From the NCBI GenBank assembly GCA_018333535.1, contig JAGXTA010000071.1:99100-163099 (forward strand): a DNA stretch of 64,000 nucleotides, written 5' to 3'. The notes under the pieces are model-generated. The model made no database searches. It saw nothing but the letters and a program-made list of their open reading frames with translations, and was not told the DNA's origin. Below, in pieces: positions 17,126-27,015 of the stretch; position 1 is the stretch's first letter, and every line of letters begins with the position of its first letter. The stretch is from Deltaproteobacteria bacterium. Lineage in GTDB: Bacteria; Desulfobacterota; BSN033; UBA1163. The translations under genes were made by a program, and so were the position numbers.

Positions 17126-17551
17126 TCATAACTTATAGAGCTCATCGTCGAACATGTGGACCCAGTTCTTTTTCAGAACCTGAATCGCCTCCTCCATCTG
17201 ATCGACGCCCACGATCAACACCGTCTTTTCACCCCTGCCCAAACAGGTGTAGAGGTAATTGACATTGATTGAAACCTCTTTGAGCGGCTTTAAAACCGCA
17301 TTGAGACCACCCGGATGGTTGGGGGCTTCCACTGCGAGCACCTCGGTGATCTTAATCGAATAACCATGTGTCCTTAAGACATTGGCCGCCTTTTCAGGGT
17401 CGCTGGCGACAAACCGGATGGCGCTGACATCTGAGGCGTCAACCACGCTCACCGCTATGATATTGATCCCATTCTCTCCCAAATAATCGCTCATTTCAGA
17501 GAGCTTTCCGGGAACATTCTCAAGGCTTACGGAAATCTGTTTGACAGGCAT
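17126..17551 (-). CDS. ACT-domain protein (tandem ACT-like regulatory domains)
   Basis: 141 aa; two ~65-aa halves with ACT-like pattern (ISVSLENVPGKLSEM... / VLAVEAPNHPGGLNAVLKPL...). Adjacent to the oxidoreductase operon. Confidence 0.6.
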   Translation of the reverse strand: MPVKQISVSLENVPGKLSEMSDYLGENGINIIAVSVVDASDVSAIRFVASDPEKAANVLRTHGYSIKITEVLAVEAPNHPGGLNAVLKPLKEVSINVNYLYTCLGRGEKTVLIVGVDQMEEAIQVLKKNWVHMFDDELYKL

Positions 17552-17562
17552 AGCTTACTCCT

Positions 17563-18099
17563 TCACTTCAAATATTCGTATCCCAGCATTAAAGCTGATT
17601 TGTTCAGCTTGAAGACCGCAGGATTCTTGCCGCCGAAGGTATTTTTCAGAACCCGAATCATTGTTTCCGGAGACACCAGCCCGGATTTTTTGATGAAGGC
17701 TCCTACCATGATCACATTGGCGCCCCTATTTTCGGGAAGTTGTTTGGTCAAGTCATTGAGCGGGATCTCGTAGATCTCCAGATCTCCCCGGATGGGCCTG
17801 TCTTCGATCAGGCTTGAATTCAAAAAGATGGTCCCTCCGGATTGAACCTGATTCTGAAATCGGATTAAGGAGGGGTTATTCATCAACACCGCATATTCGG
17901 GTTCCGAGGCGACCGGAGAGGCAATCTCCTCTGAGGAGACCACCACCGTGCAGTTGGCTGTTCCTCCCCTGACCTCTGCTCCGTAAGAGGGCAAACAGGT
18001 CACATTCTTACCTTCGACCATCCCTGCGGTGGCAAGGAGGTATCCCATCATAATGACCCCCTGGCCGCCGAATCCTGAAAAAATAGTCTTAATGAGCAT
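17563..18099 (-). CDS. 2-oxoacid:ferredoxin oxidoreductase gamma subunit
   Basis: 178 aa; POR/KOR gamma-type (FSGFGGQGVIMMGYLLA...). Overlaps the beta-subunit gene by 11 nt. Confidence 0.8.
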   Translation of the reverse strand: MLIKTIFSGFGGQGVIMMGYLLATAGMVEGKNVTCLPSYGAEVRGGTANCTVVVSSEEIASPVASEPEYAVLMNNPSLIRFQNQVQSGGTIFLNSSLIEDRPIRGDLEIYEIPLNDLTKQLPENRGANVIMVGAFIKKSGLVSPETMIRVLKNTFGGKNPAVFKLNKSALMLGYEYLK

Positions 18100-18847
18100 C
18101 TTTCTTGTCTCCGGGGGTATCCTTCAGCACTCCGAGCGGGAAATGGCTCGCCATCACTTCATCGATCCATTTCGAGGCTTTTAAAGGATCCATTTTCCAG
18201 TTTGTCGGACAGGCGGACAGGACTTCGACAAGCGTGAACCCATATCCCTGTATCTGAAGACGAAATGCCTTTGCAATCGCCTTCTTTGTTTTCAAAATAT
18301 TGGCAGGGGTATTGACGGCCGTTCTCTCAATATAAGAACTGCCAGGGGCAATGGCAAGCATCTCGCTCAGATTGATAGGAAAACCTTCTACCTTTTCTTT
18401 TCTTCCGCGTGGCGAGGTGGTGGTGTTCTGTCCTAATATCGTGGTAGGCGCCATCTGGCCCCCGGTCATCCCGTAGACTCCGTTATTGACGAAGATGGTG
18501 GTAATGTTCTCCCCTCTGGCCGCCGCATGAATCGATTCTGCTGTTCCGATGGCGGCCATATCTCCATCTCCCTGGTAGGTGAAGACCACTCTATCCGGAA
18601 CGGCCCGTTTCAGTCCGGTCGCCACCGCAGCCGCCCTGCCATGGGACGCCTCGCCCATATCGATATCAAAATAGTTGTATGCGAGGACTGCGCACCCAGC
18701 CGGAGGGACGCCGATGATCTTCTCCTGAAGGTTCATCTCATCGATCACCTCTCCGATGAGCCGGTGGATGATGCTATGGCCACATCCGGGGCAGTAATGA
18801 AAAGGAGTTGTCTTCAGGGACTTCGGTCTGCTGAATATTTTTTTCAT
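18089..18847 (-). CDS. 2-oxoacid:ferredoxin oxidoreductase beta subunit (TPP-binding)
   Basis: 252 aa; N-terminal Cys motif CPGCGHSIIHRLI and TPP-binding GDGDMAAIG. Confidence 0.85.
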   Translation of the reverse strand: MKKIFSRPKSLKTTPFHYCPGCGHSIIHRLIGEVIDEMNLQEKIIGVPPAGCAVLAYNYFDIDMGEASHGRAAAVATGLKRAVPDRVVFTYQGDGDMAAIGTAESIHAAARGENITTIFVNNGVYGMTGGQMAPTTILGQNTTTSPRGRKEKVEGFPINLSEMLAIAPGSSYIERTAVNTPANILKTKKAIAKAFRLQIQGYGFTLVEVLSACPTNWKMDPLKASKWIDEVMASHFPLGVLKDTPGDKKDAH

Positions 18848-18928
18848 CGTAATATCTCAAGCCAAGTGTTTTTTCGATGGATTAGGTCGTCATAAGCTTT
18901 TTTTTAAAAGGTAACGGTAAAAAACTAG

Positions 18929-19036
18929 CGTTTGTGGTTGTCGAGGCTCGTATCGAGTCTCGTATATGGAGGCTTGATGCTCGATCTTCGTTTCCCGAGC
19001 TTCTTGCTTCGATACCAGCATCGTCACCGTAAACCC
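18929..19036 (+). repeat. TIR repeat family copy 3, between the alpha and beta subunit genes of the oxidoreductase operon
   Basis: gcgtttgtggttgtcgaggctcgtatcgagtctcg...cttcgataccagcatcgtcaccgtaaaccc; sits in the 265-bp gap between korA-like stop (19113) and korB-like start (18847). Confidence 0.8.
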
Positions 19037-19112
19037 ATTTTCTTTTTTTGCTACCCTTACCGATAACCGAAACGGGCTTCATAGCCGTAACCTTGACCGA
19101 TTGACTTTAAGT

Positions 19113-20168
19113 TTATCCCAGCCTCTTTTGGTAATACTGACTGGAGATGACCCGTGCAATTTCAAGAGGGGTGAGGATCACTCCTCCCGGCCTGCCATAG
19201 AAATGGACTTCTGCGTTTCCCTCGATGCCAAGTTTCACATCCTCCACCATCTGGCCCATATTCATCTCAAAGACAAAAAAATGTTTCACCTTTTTTGAAA
19301 AATCCTTGATCGCTTTAAAGGGAAAGGGCCAAAGAGTGATGGGCCGTAGAAGTCCGACCTTGACCCCTTCTTCTCGCAACCGTTTGATCGCCCCCTTGGC
19401 AATCCTTGCGGCAATGCCAAAAGCGATGACCATCATTTTTGCGTCGTCAGCAAAGTAGGTCTCCCATTTCACTTCTTCCCGGATGATCTTTTCATATTTC
19501 CTCATCAATTTCCAATTATGCTCTTCCTCTTTGATCGGGTCCAAAATGAGGGAACGGATGAACCGGCTTGGCCTTCCCTTGGCGCCAGTAAGCGCCCAGT
19601 CCTTAGCAGGCAATTTCTTCAAAGGAATTTCCTGTGGCAGTTCAACCGGCTCCATCATCTGGCCGAGCATGCCATCTCCCAGGATGAGGACAGGGGTGCG
19701 GTATTTATCTGCAAGATTAAACCCTTCATAAGTGAGGTCTGCCAGCTCCTGACAGGAGTTGGGGCCGAAGACGATGGTGCGGTAATCGCCATGCCCCCCT
19801 CCACGGGTGGCCTGAAAATAGTCGGACTGTGACGGAGCAATATTGCCGAGGCCCGGTCCTCCTCTCGACATATTGACAATCACAGCAGGCAATTCCAGAG
19901 CGCAAAGAAAGGAGATCCCTTCCTGTTTCAGGCTGATGCCCGGTCCCGAAGAAGAGGTCATCACCCTTCCCCCGGCCATGCTGGCTCCGATGACCATGTG
20001 GATCGATGCGATCTCGCTTTCGGCCTGAATAAAAACCCCTCCTTCCGCTTCCGGAAGTTTTTCCGACATATATTCGGGGATCTCATTCTGGGGCGTGATG
20101 GGATATCCGAAATAATAGCGGCACCCGGCACGAATAGCCGCCTCTCCCACCACATGATTTCCACGCAT
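19113..20168 (-). CDS. 2-oxoacid:ferredoxin oxidoreductase alpha subunit
   Basis: ORF track gives 19113..20276 (387 aa), which would overlap the delta subunit by 100 nt. Internal start MRGNHVVGEAAIRAGCRYYFGYPITPQNEI (352 aa) removes the overlap. The GYPITPxxEI motif is typical of the OFOR alpha subunit. Confidence 0.8.
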   Translation of the reverse strand: MRGNHVVGEAAIRAGCRYYFGYPITPQNEIPEYMSEKLPEAEGGVFIQAESEIASIHMVIGASMAGGRVMTSSSGPGISLKQEGISFLCALELPAVIVNMSRGGPGLGNIAPSQSDYFQATRGGGHGDYRTIVFGPNSCQELADLTYEGFNLADKYRTPVLILGDGMLGQMMEPVELPQEIPLKKLPAKDWALTGAKGRPSRFIRSLILDPIKEEEHNWKLMRKYEKIIREEVKWETYFADDAKMMVIAFGIAARIAKGAIKRLREEGVKVGLLRPITLWPFPFKAIKDFSKKVKHFFVFEMNMGQMVEDVKLGIEGNAEVHFYGRPGGVILTPLEIARVISSQYYQKRLG

Positions 20169-20175
20169 CAATACT

Positions 20176-20406
20176 TTAGGCACGGTGCACCTCGATGGCG
20201 ATTTCAGGGCACATGATAGCGCAAAGAGCGCATCCTGTGCATTTTCTGCCTTCTTTCTTGTGCTGGCTTTCCGCAAAAATGACGGGGGTATATCCCTTCT
20301 GGTTCAACCGATTGAAAGGTTCAATTAAATGATGAGGGCAGACAGAGATGCATAACCTGCAGTCTTTGCACAATTCAGAGTCAATTTCGATCATTCCTGA
20401 CGGCAA
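20176..20406 (-). CDS. 2-oxoacid:ferredoxin oxidoreductase delta subunit (2x[4Fe-4S] ferredoxin)
   Basis: 76 aa with two CxxCxxCxxxCP motifs (CKDCRLCISVCP and CTGCALCAIMCP). Confidence 0.8.
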   Translation of the reverse strand: MPSGMIEIDSELCKDCRLCISVCPHHLIEPFNRLNQKGYTPVIFAESQHKKEGRKCTGCALCAIMCPEIAIEVHRA

Positions 20407-20517
20407 ACTTTCCTCCTGATCGTAAGGAATCCAGGAACCCAGGAAAATTTATAAATTCTCTAATTAAATGATTTCCTGTCTTCATGGCTTCCTAATGATC
20501 TAAGTGAAGTTGAAATT

Positions 20518-20547
20518 TCTTGACCTATAAGATTAAATATTATAAAA
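20518..20547 (+). promoter_or_regulatory. sigma-70-like promoter candidate for the ArsA-family gene
   Basis: TTGACC, then a 17-nt spacer tataagattaaatatta, then TAAAAT, ~40 bp upstream of the ATG at 20587. Confidence 0.45.
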
Positions 20548-20586
20548 TCTAAAACCTATAAAATCAAACTCTTCCGGAGATAAAAG

Positions 20587-21546
20587 ATGGATTCATCGTT
20601 AAGCCGGCTCGATCAGGAGCCGAAAAGGCTGATTATGATCGGAGGGAAAGGCGGCGTAGGCAAGTCAACCTGCGCCTCATCGATTGCCCTCCACTTCTCG
20701 CTTCAGGGCAAGAAAACGCTGATTATTTCAAGCGATCCCACCCCTTCTCTTTCCGACATCTTTGAAACAGAGATCGGCGATCAGGAGACGCCCATTAAGG
20801 GAGCCAAAGACCTTTATGGCATTGAGATTAGCTCCGATGTCGTTTTAAAAAAATGGAAAGAGCGGTTTGGCCCTGAAATCTATGAGGTGGTTTCCTCCTT
20901 TGCCTCAATCGATTACGACTTTGTAGAGTATATCGGGGGAGCGCCCGGCATCGAAGAAGAGTATATGCTCAATTATATTCTCGAACTGGTTGAGAGTGAA
21001 CAGTATGATCTGGTAGTCTGGGATACGGCTCCGGCTGGACATACGTTGAAGCTGTTGCATCTTCCGCAGATCTTCCTAAGGCATCTTGAAGCTGCAACGA
21101 AATTCTATATGAATTTATATAGTTACTTTGAAAAGTTTAAGGAAAGTGTGAAGTTAAAAAAGGGGAAAAAGACCTTGCTGGAGATCATCAGTGGATGGGA
21201 GAATCTGGCTGAGAAAGTGGTCAGTTTCATTCGGGATACCCAGAAGACAGACTTTATCATCGTCACCATTCCAGAGGCGCTGGGCGTCAGGCAGACCGAG
21301 AGGATCATTCGGGACTTTGACGAATACCAGCTCAGGGTGAATCATTTGATTATTAATTATGTGATTCAGGAAGCCGATTGTGAATTCCATAAGGCGAGAA
21401 AGGAGATGCAGCAAAATTACATCAAGATCCTGAAGGATCAATATGGTTCGCGGATTCGGTTGATTGAGCTTCCCCTCCTTCCCCATGAGGTTAAAGGGGT
21501 GGAAAGAATTGGTAAGATATCGGAGATTCTGTTTAAGCAGGAATAA
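20587..21546 (+). CDS. ArsA/GET3-family anion-transporting ATPase homolog
   Basis: 319 aa; P-loop GGKGGVGKST and ArsA signature DTAPAGHTLKLL. Confidence 0.75.
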   Translation: MDSSLSRLDQEPKRLIMIGGKGGVGKSTCASSIALHFSLQGKKTLIISSDPTPSLSDIFETEIGDQETPIKGAKDLYGIEISSDVVLKKWKERFGPEIYEVVSSFASIDYDFVEYIGGAPGIEEEYMLNYILELVESEQYDLVVWDTAPAGHTLKLLHLPQIFLRHLEAATKFYMNLYSYFEKFKESVKLKKGKKTLLEIISGWENLAEKVVSFIRDTQKTDFIIVTIPEALGVRQTERIIRDFDEYQLRVNHLIINYVIQEADCEFHKARKEMQQNYIKILKDQYGSRIRLIELPLLPHEVKGVERIGKISEILFKQE

Positions 21547-21696
21547 TGGAATGGTGGAACAGGGGAATAATGGGTTGAACACTTTGAGGTTAAGGTTTAG
21601 GTTAAGGTCGAGATTTGCCTAACCTTATCCTTAGCCTTAGCCTTCTATTTTTCCAATATTCTATTATTCCGACATTCCGGTTAAAAGGAGAAAACC

Positions 21697-22893
21697 ATGT
21701 CCGTACTATCGAATCGAGCAAGAAGTTTAAAACCATCTCCTACCCTTGCCATCAATGCTAAGGCAAAGGCGATGCAGGCCCAGGGCATCCAGGTCATCAG
21801 CTTTGGCGCTGGCGAACCAGACTTTGACACTCCTCAGAACATCAGGGCCGCAGCCATTAGGGCGATTGAAGAGGGTTTTACAAAATATACCCCTGTCGGC
21901 GGGACGGATGAGTTGAAAGATGCTGTTATCAAAAAATTTCAAAGAGACAACGGGCTAACCTACAAACGATCCGAAATCATTGCCTCCTGCGGCGGCAAGC
22001 ATTCCTTCTACAACCTGGCGCAGGCTATCTTTGATGCGGGGGATGAGGTGATCGTGCCCGCCCCTTACTGGGTCTCCTACCCTCCGATGGTCGCTCTGGC
22101 CGGAGCCACTCCTGTCATCGTTGAAACAAAGGAAGAGAATGGGTTCAAATTATCGATGGAGGACCTGAAAAAGGCGGTCACGCCAAAAACGAAAGCCTTG
22201 ATCATCAATAGTCCCTCCAATCCGACTGGAAGCGCTTATACGAAAGAAGACCTGGAACGGATTGCGGGGATGGCTCTTTCGCATCACTTTTTTGTCATCT
22301 CGGACGAAATTTATGAGAAGATCGTCTATGATGGCTTCAAGTTTATAAGCATGGCTTCTTTAAGTGAGGAAATCAGGAAGAGGACGATCATCGTTCACGG
22401 AGTGGCCAAGACCTATGCGATGACAGGATGGAGGATTGGTTATACGGCAGGGCCAGAAGAGATCATCTCTGCCATGAGCAATATTCAGAGCCAGAGCACC
22501 TCAAACCCCACCTCGATTGCCCAGAAGGCATCCGTAGAGGCGCTCGCAGGGTCCCAGGAAGAAGTTTTCAAAATGGTTTCGGCCTTTGAAGAGAGGCGTA
22601 ACTATATCATTGATCGCCTCAATAAGATGCCAGGAGTCTCCTGTTTTAAACCCATTGGCTCCTTCTATGTTTTCCCCAATTTCTCTTCTTATTACGGGAG
22701 ATCCTACCAGGGAAAGAAGATTTCCAACTCGACCGAGCTGGCTGATTACCTGCTCGATGTAGCCCGGGTAGCGGCTGTCCCCGGTGTTGAATTCGGAGCG
22801 GACCCCTTTGTGCGGCTATCTTATGCGACTTCTATGGAAGATATTAAGGAAGGGTTAAATCGGATCGAGGAAGCGCTCAAAAAGCTCTTTTAA
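21697..22893 (+). CDS. aspartate aminotransferase (class I PLP-dependent aminotransferase)
   Basis: 398 aa; PLP-lysine region [14 protein letters not shown] and N-terminal [30 protein letters not shown], typical of AspAT. Confidence 0.85.
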   Translation: MSVLSNRARSLKPSPTLAINAKAKAMQAQGIQVISFGAGEPDFDTPQNIRAAAIRAIEEGFTKYTPVGGTDELKDAVIKKFQRDNGLTYKRSEIIASCGGKHSFYNLAQAIFDAGDEVIVPAPYWVSYPPMVALAGATPVIVETKEENGFKLSMEDLKKAVTPKTKALIINSPSNPTGSAYTKEDLERIAGMALSHHFFVISDEIYEKIVYDGFKFISMASLSEEIRKRTIIVHGVAKTYAMTGWRIGYTAGPEEIISAMSNIQSQSTSNPTSIAQKASVEALAGSQEEVFKMVSAFEERRNYIIDRLNKMPGVSCFKPIGSFYVFPNFSSYYGRSYQGKKISNSTELADYLLDVARVAAVPGVEFGADPFVRLSYATSMEDIKEGLNRIEEALKKLF

Positions 22894-23341
22894 AGTAGTC
22901 CTCGAGGATCGAGCGGTGGTCGAAGGCGATCTTCTCAGGAAGATTCAATTCATTAAAGATTCCGATTTCCAAGGCATCGTCCATGGCCTTAGGCTTGCCC
23001 TTAGCTTTTGCTATGTAAACCGTTGAAATGCTATGGTGTCTTGGGTCTCTCTTGGGATCCGAATACGTATGAAGTTGTTTCTCAAGTTTCACATCTAAGT
23101 TTGTCTCCTCTTTCGCCTCCCTGATAGCGGCCCCTTCCAGAGATTCTCCATAGTCTACGAACCCTCCTGGGAGGGCCCATCCCTCAGGAGGATTTTTTCT
23201 TTTGATGAGAACAATGCCTTTCGCTTCGATTTCAATGATGATATCGACCGTAGGCAAAGGGTTCTGGTAGAGTTCGATCTCATTCTTACAAACCGGGCAT
23301 GTAATGGTTCGGCGGGCCATAGACTCCAAGCTTTCGAGCAA
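22877..23341 (-). CDS. NUDIX hydrolase with N-terminal zinc-ribbon
   Basis: 154 aa; Nudix box [26 protein letters not shown]; N-terminal CPVCKNE... Confidence 0.85.
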   Translation of the reverse strand: MLESLESMARRTITCPVCKNEIELYQNPLPTVDIIIEIEAKGIVLIKRKNPPEGWALPGGFVDYGESLEGAAIREAKEETNLDVKLEKQLHTYSDPKRDPRHHSISTVYIAKAKGKPKAMDDALEIGIFNELNLPEKIAFDHRSILEDYFKRAF

Positions 23342-23348
23342 AAAAAGT

Positions 23349-23456
23349 TTTTCGTTGTCGAATCTCGTATCGATGCTCGATTATAGAAACTCGATACTCG
23401 TCGAGCTTCGCTTACCGGGCCTCTTGCTTCGATACGAGCATCGTCACCGATAGCCC
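23349..23456 (+). repeat. TIR repeat family copy 4
   Basis: tttttcgttgtcgaatctcgtatcgatgctcg...cttcgatacgagcatcgtcaccgatagccc; lies between the cinA stop and the NUDIX start. Confidence 0.8.
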
Positions 23457-23522
23457 TTTTTCTCTTTCTAACCTCTACCTTCTGACAAACCACCAAACGG
23501 GCTTCGTAACCCTCACCGTCAC

Positions 23523-24755
23523 CTATTTGATCAGATATTTTCTCAGCATGTCGAGAGCGATGATGGATGCTCTTTCGCGCACCATCCAGAGCTCGCCGCC
23601 CAAAGAATATTGCTGTCTCTCTATTTCCTCATTTGTAGAAATGGAATAGAAGGTTTCTACAAGGTATTCCTCCCTGCCCTGCTCCTCAACGGTTTTCGCA
23701 ACCATGGCAAGCCCAAGGGTCGCCTCAAACTCACCCTTTGCCCTTAAGGCAAGTTGGTCGCAAAGTGTCTGGGGATCTTTTTGAAGGGAGAGAATCTCAT
23801 CTTCTGAAATCTTTAAAAAACCGGATTGGGACCTGTTGCTTGGAAGAATCAATCCCTGGATGAAGGAAGACCTTCCCGTGCTGGTTAGCTTATTGGAGAG
23901 GATGCCCCCCGTAAATGTTTCAATTACCGATAATGTGAGGTTGAGCCTTTCCATCTCCTTCATAACATTTCCATGAAGGGTCTCCTTATCCACACCGTAG
24001 ATCAGAGATCCGAGGCGTCCCCTGATCTCTCCTTCCATTTTCTCAATGAGCGATGTTGCCTCAACAGGACTATCTGCTTTTGCCGTAATGCGGATCTTGA
24101 TATCTCCGATGGAGGCAAGGGTTCCCACAGAAGGATTCTGGTTTTGCTTCATCAGGTCTTTGATCTGAAGACCGATAGCGCTCTCTCCGAGGCCGCAGGC
24201 ACGGAGGACCTTATATTGAATGATCTCGCCCTGCAATTTGAATCGTCTTCTCAAATACGGAATCACCGTGGTTTCCATCAAATATTCCATCTCCAAGGGG
24301 ACACCCGGGACGGAGATGATGGCTCCATTGGGATATTCTACGATAAATCCGGGAGCAGTCCCCTTCGGGTTTTCAACAGGGATTCCACCTTCCGGTATGA
24401 AAGCCTGTTTCCGGTTGTTTTCTGCCATCCGGAAGCCCCGCCTTTTGAATAAGGCTTCGATCTGTTCCATGAGATGGGGTTGGTATTGAAGGGGACGGTT
24501 AAAGACTTCCGCAACAGCCTCACGGGTCAGGTCATCCTCGGTCGGACCGATGCCTCCTGTCGTGATGACGATGTTCGATCTGGCGATGGCTTCTCTGAGG
24601 ACTTCCTTAATCCGCCGAAGATCATCTCCGACCGTTGCGGTCCGAATCAACTCCACGCCCGAGGCGGCCAATTTTTTCGCAATTGAAGAGGTGTTTGTAT
24701 CTAAGATTTGACCTAAGAGGAGTTCTGATCCGATGGAGACGATTTCAGCATTCAT
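23523..24755 (-). CDS. cinA: competence/damage-inducible protein CinA (MoCF-binding domain + CinA C-terminal domain)
   Basis: 410 aa; N-terminal MNAEIVSIGSELLLGQILDTNTSSIAKKL...TTGGIGPTEDDLTREAVAE is the classic CinA N-domain. Confidence 0.9.
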   Translation of the reverse strand: MNAEIVSIGSELLLGQILDTNTSSIAKKLAASGVELIRTATVGDDLRRIKEVLREAIARSNIVITTGGIGPTEDDLTREAVAEVFNRPLQYQPHLMEQIEALFKRRGFRMAENNRKQAFIPEGGIPVENPKGTAPGFIVEYPNGAIISVPGVPLEMEYLMETTVIPYLRRRFKLQGEIIQYKVLRACGLGESAIGLQIKDLMKQNQNPSVGTLASIGDIKIRITAKADSPVEATSLIEKMEGEIRGRLGSLIYGVDKETLHGNVMKEMERLNLTLSVIETFTGGILSNKLTSTGRSSFIQGLILPSNRSQSGFLKISEDEILSLQKDPQTLCDQLALRAKGEFEATLGLAMVAKTVEEQGREEYLVETFYSISTNEEIERQQYSLGGELWMVRERASIIALDMLRKYLIK

Positions 24756-24919
24756 AGATGTGGGTTATGATTAAGTCAAATGCCATCATAACACCATCGA
24801 ACGGACTTATCAAAAATTAATTTTTGCTGATAAATGGGAATTTAAAGGAGGCGTGATGGAAAGATAGAAGTGTGCAAAGTTTGCATAATATGACAATTTA
24901 TACGCCATTTTTTAAAAGG

Positions 24920-25267
24920 TTAAAACATCCCTAAAAAATCTTCAAGGAACTTCTTTCCTTTATGGTCAAGTTCGTCAAACTTAATACCTGCCTCATTTTC
25001 TTTCTGAGACGCCCAGATAACCTCTCCCTTTCCTTTCAGTCTAAAAAAATCTTCATACGTCTCAAAAAATATTTCTTTTCCTGAACGAAAAATATCCTTA
25101 GTTATTAAAGGGTTATCCGCCTTTAATTTAAATCCGCCACGGGATATATTCTGAACCCATCCAAGCATTATGGGTTCCATATCAGATGTTCGAATGGATA
25201 CCTTTGTTTCCAGATTGACTCTCGGATATTCCCGTCTCTCAGATTGGCCATCCTGGGCAATTTCCAT
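24920..25267 (-). CDS. PilZ-domain protein (putative c-di-GMP receptor)
   Basis: 115 aa; RxxxR (ERREYPRV) and N/DxSxGG (NISRGGF) PilZ motifs. Confidence 0.7.
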   Translation of the reverse strand: MEIAQDGQSERREYPRVNLETKVSIRTSDMEPIMLGWVQNISRGGFKLKADNPLITKDIFRSGKEIFFETYEDFFRLKGKGEVIWASQKENEAGIKFDELDHKGKKFLEDFLGMF

Positions 25268-25403
25268 TTTTTATCCCTTCGTAAAAAAGAGGTTTTTTAA
25301 ATTTTAATTAATCGATATTTATTAAGCAATTAATATGCCAAATAATTTCAGAGCTTTCAATAAAGACTACAAGAGAATTCGATAAAACCTTGAATCCAAA
25401 AAA

Positions 25404-25452
25404 GCGCCCCTGGCCCGACTCGAACGGGCGGCACACGGATTAGGAATCCGTT
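25404..25452 (+). repeat. attL: 49-bp direct repeat identical to the 3' part of tRNA-Arg(CCT)
   Basis: gcgcccctggcccgactcgaacgggcggcacacggattaggaatccgtt at 25404-25452 matches 34810-34858, which is inside the tRNA gene on the minus strand. Confidence 0.85.
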
Positions 25453-25580
25453 TTAGGCGCTTTCCTTTAAATTCCCACCGATTCCTTTTAATACATAATT
25501 TCCCTTGACATTCAATAATTTACCTGATACTATCTTTCCTATGAGTTCCTTTTGCTACCCTTTGCTTAATGACCGTTTTG

Positions 25581-25696
25581 GGGGACAGGTGGGGGACAAA
25601 ATTAAACGAATAATAATCCGTGTCCCAAAATTTCGTTTCAAAAAGCACATGGATAAATAATCCGTTCCCCATTTCCGGGGGACAGTGGGGGACAAC
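25581..25696 (+). promoter_or_regulatory. direct repeats between attL and int (candidate integrase arm-type binding sites)
   Basis: ggggacaggtgggggacaa (25581) and ggggacagtgggggacaac (25677); also ataatccgtgtccc (25611) and ataatccgttcccc (25658). Confidence 0.45.
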
Positions 25697-25722
25697 CAAA
25701 TCTATATCAAAGGAGAAAGGCC

Positions 25723-26922
25723 ATGTCAAGACGGAAAGCGACGGAGTTTGAGGGCGTGAGATACCGGAGCCATCCGAGCCGGAAGCATGGGATCAAGAAT
25801 GATCAGTATTTCTCCATCCGTTACCGAGTGGACGGGAAGAGAGTCGAGGAGGGTTTGGGGTGGGCCAGCAAGGGGATGACGGCAAAGAAGGCAGCGCTTC
25901 AGCTTGCAGAGCTTCAAGAGGCGCACAGGAAGGGGACAGGTGAACCTGTAACCCTTCGAGAGAAACGGAAGATTGCCAGGGCAAAGAGAGGGAAGCAAGA
26001 GAAACAGGGGATCACATTCGGAGATTATTTCATCAATACTTTCATTCCACAGGCTGTCATTGAAAAACCGAGGGAAACGAAAGATAAAAAATCCCACTAT
26101 GAACACTGGATCAAGCCGGTAATGGGCGCCCTTCCCTTCCCGGAGATCGGCGTCCTTGAATTAGAGAGGGTCAAGACAAACATGTTGACCGCTGGTAAGG
26201 CTCCCCGAACGATTCAATATGTGTTTTCAACAATTCGGCGGGTATGGAATGATGCAAAATTGAAGGGGATCGTATCAGAGGAAAGTCCGACCCGGAAGAT
26301 CAAACTGGACCGCTTCGATAACAAGCGGGCCAGGTATTTCACCCATGATGAGGCGGAAAAATTCTTGACCGAACTGAAAAAGAGAAATGGTTCGTTATGG
26401 GATATGGCTCTCGTTTCTCTTCAATCGGGCCTTCGCTTCAGTGAAATTGCGAACCTGAGATACGGGGATATTGACCTAAAGAGAAATATCATTGGGATCC
26501 GGGACAGCAAGGGAGGTTTTTCAAGATATGCCCGAATGACCGAAGAGGTCAGGAATGTTTTTTCAAGAATGGAGCCCGGGGCCAGGGAAGCCCTCATTTT
26601 CCATGATGCCGATGGAATGAGGATCAAGAGGCCGTCGAAAATTTATATGAAGGTCATAGACGGCCTGGGATTCAATAACGGCGTAACAGACCGGCGACAA
26701 CGATTGACATATCACTCTTTGCGACATACATATGCAAGCTGGCTTGTAGATCGGGGAGTCGGGCTGTATGATGTTCAAAAACTTCTCGGTCATAAGAACA
26801 GCCAACTAACCGAGCGATACAGCCATTTATCAGATACCCGGCTGGACAATGACGTGAGGGAATTCGAAAAAGGAATCAAGCAGGCCCGGAGAGGTAAGGT
26901 CGTTGCAATAGGAAAGCGTTAA
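25723..26922 (+). CDS. tyrosine-type site-specific integrase (phage integrase family)
   Basis: 399 aa; C-terminal catalytic region LTYHSLRHTYASWLVDRGVGLYDVQKLLGHKNSQLTERYSHL (R..HxxR..Y). Confidence 0.9.
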   Translation: MSRRKATEFEGVRYRSHPSRKHGIKNDQYFSIRYRVDGKRVEEGLGWASKGMTAKKAALQLAELQEAHRKGTGEPVTLREKRKIARAKRGKQEKQGITFGDYFINTFIPQAVIEKPRETKDKKSHYEHWIKPVMGALPFPEIGVLELERVKTNMLTAGKAPRTIQYVFSTIRRVWNDAKLKGIVSEESPTRKIKLDRFDNKRARYFTHDEAEKFLTELKKRNGSLWDMALVSLQSGLRFSEIANLRYGDIDLKRNIIGIRDSKGGFSRYARMTEEVRNVFSRMEPGAREALIFHDADGMRIKRPSKIYMKVIDGLGFNNGVTDRRQRLTYHSLRHTYASWLVDRGVGLYDVQKLLGHKNSQLTERYSHLSDTRLDNDVREFEKGIKQARRGKVVAIGKR

Positions 26923-27015
26923 ATTGAAAATGGGGAAATAGGCGGGCCAGCCGACAAGCCGGGAACCCTACCCGGTTTTTCCCCATTCACTACAAGGGCA
27001 GCGAAGGGGGCTGAG

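Noticed and set aside
19113-20276. Long 387-aa version of the oxidoreductase alpha subunit overlapping the delta-subunit gene by 100 nt
   Set aside because: The N-terminal 36 aa lack similarity to alpha subunits and create an implausible overlap. The internal Met (MRGNHVVGEAAIRAG...) gives a canonical alpha N-terminus and an 8-nt intergenic gap.
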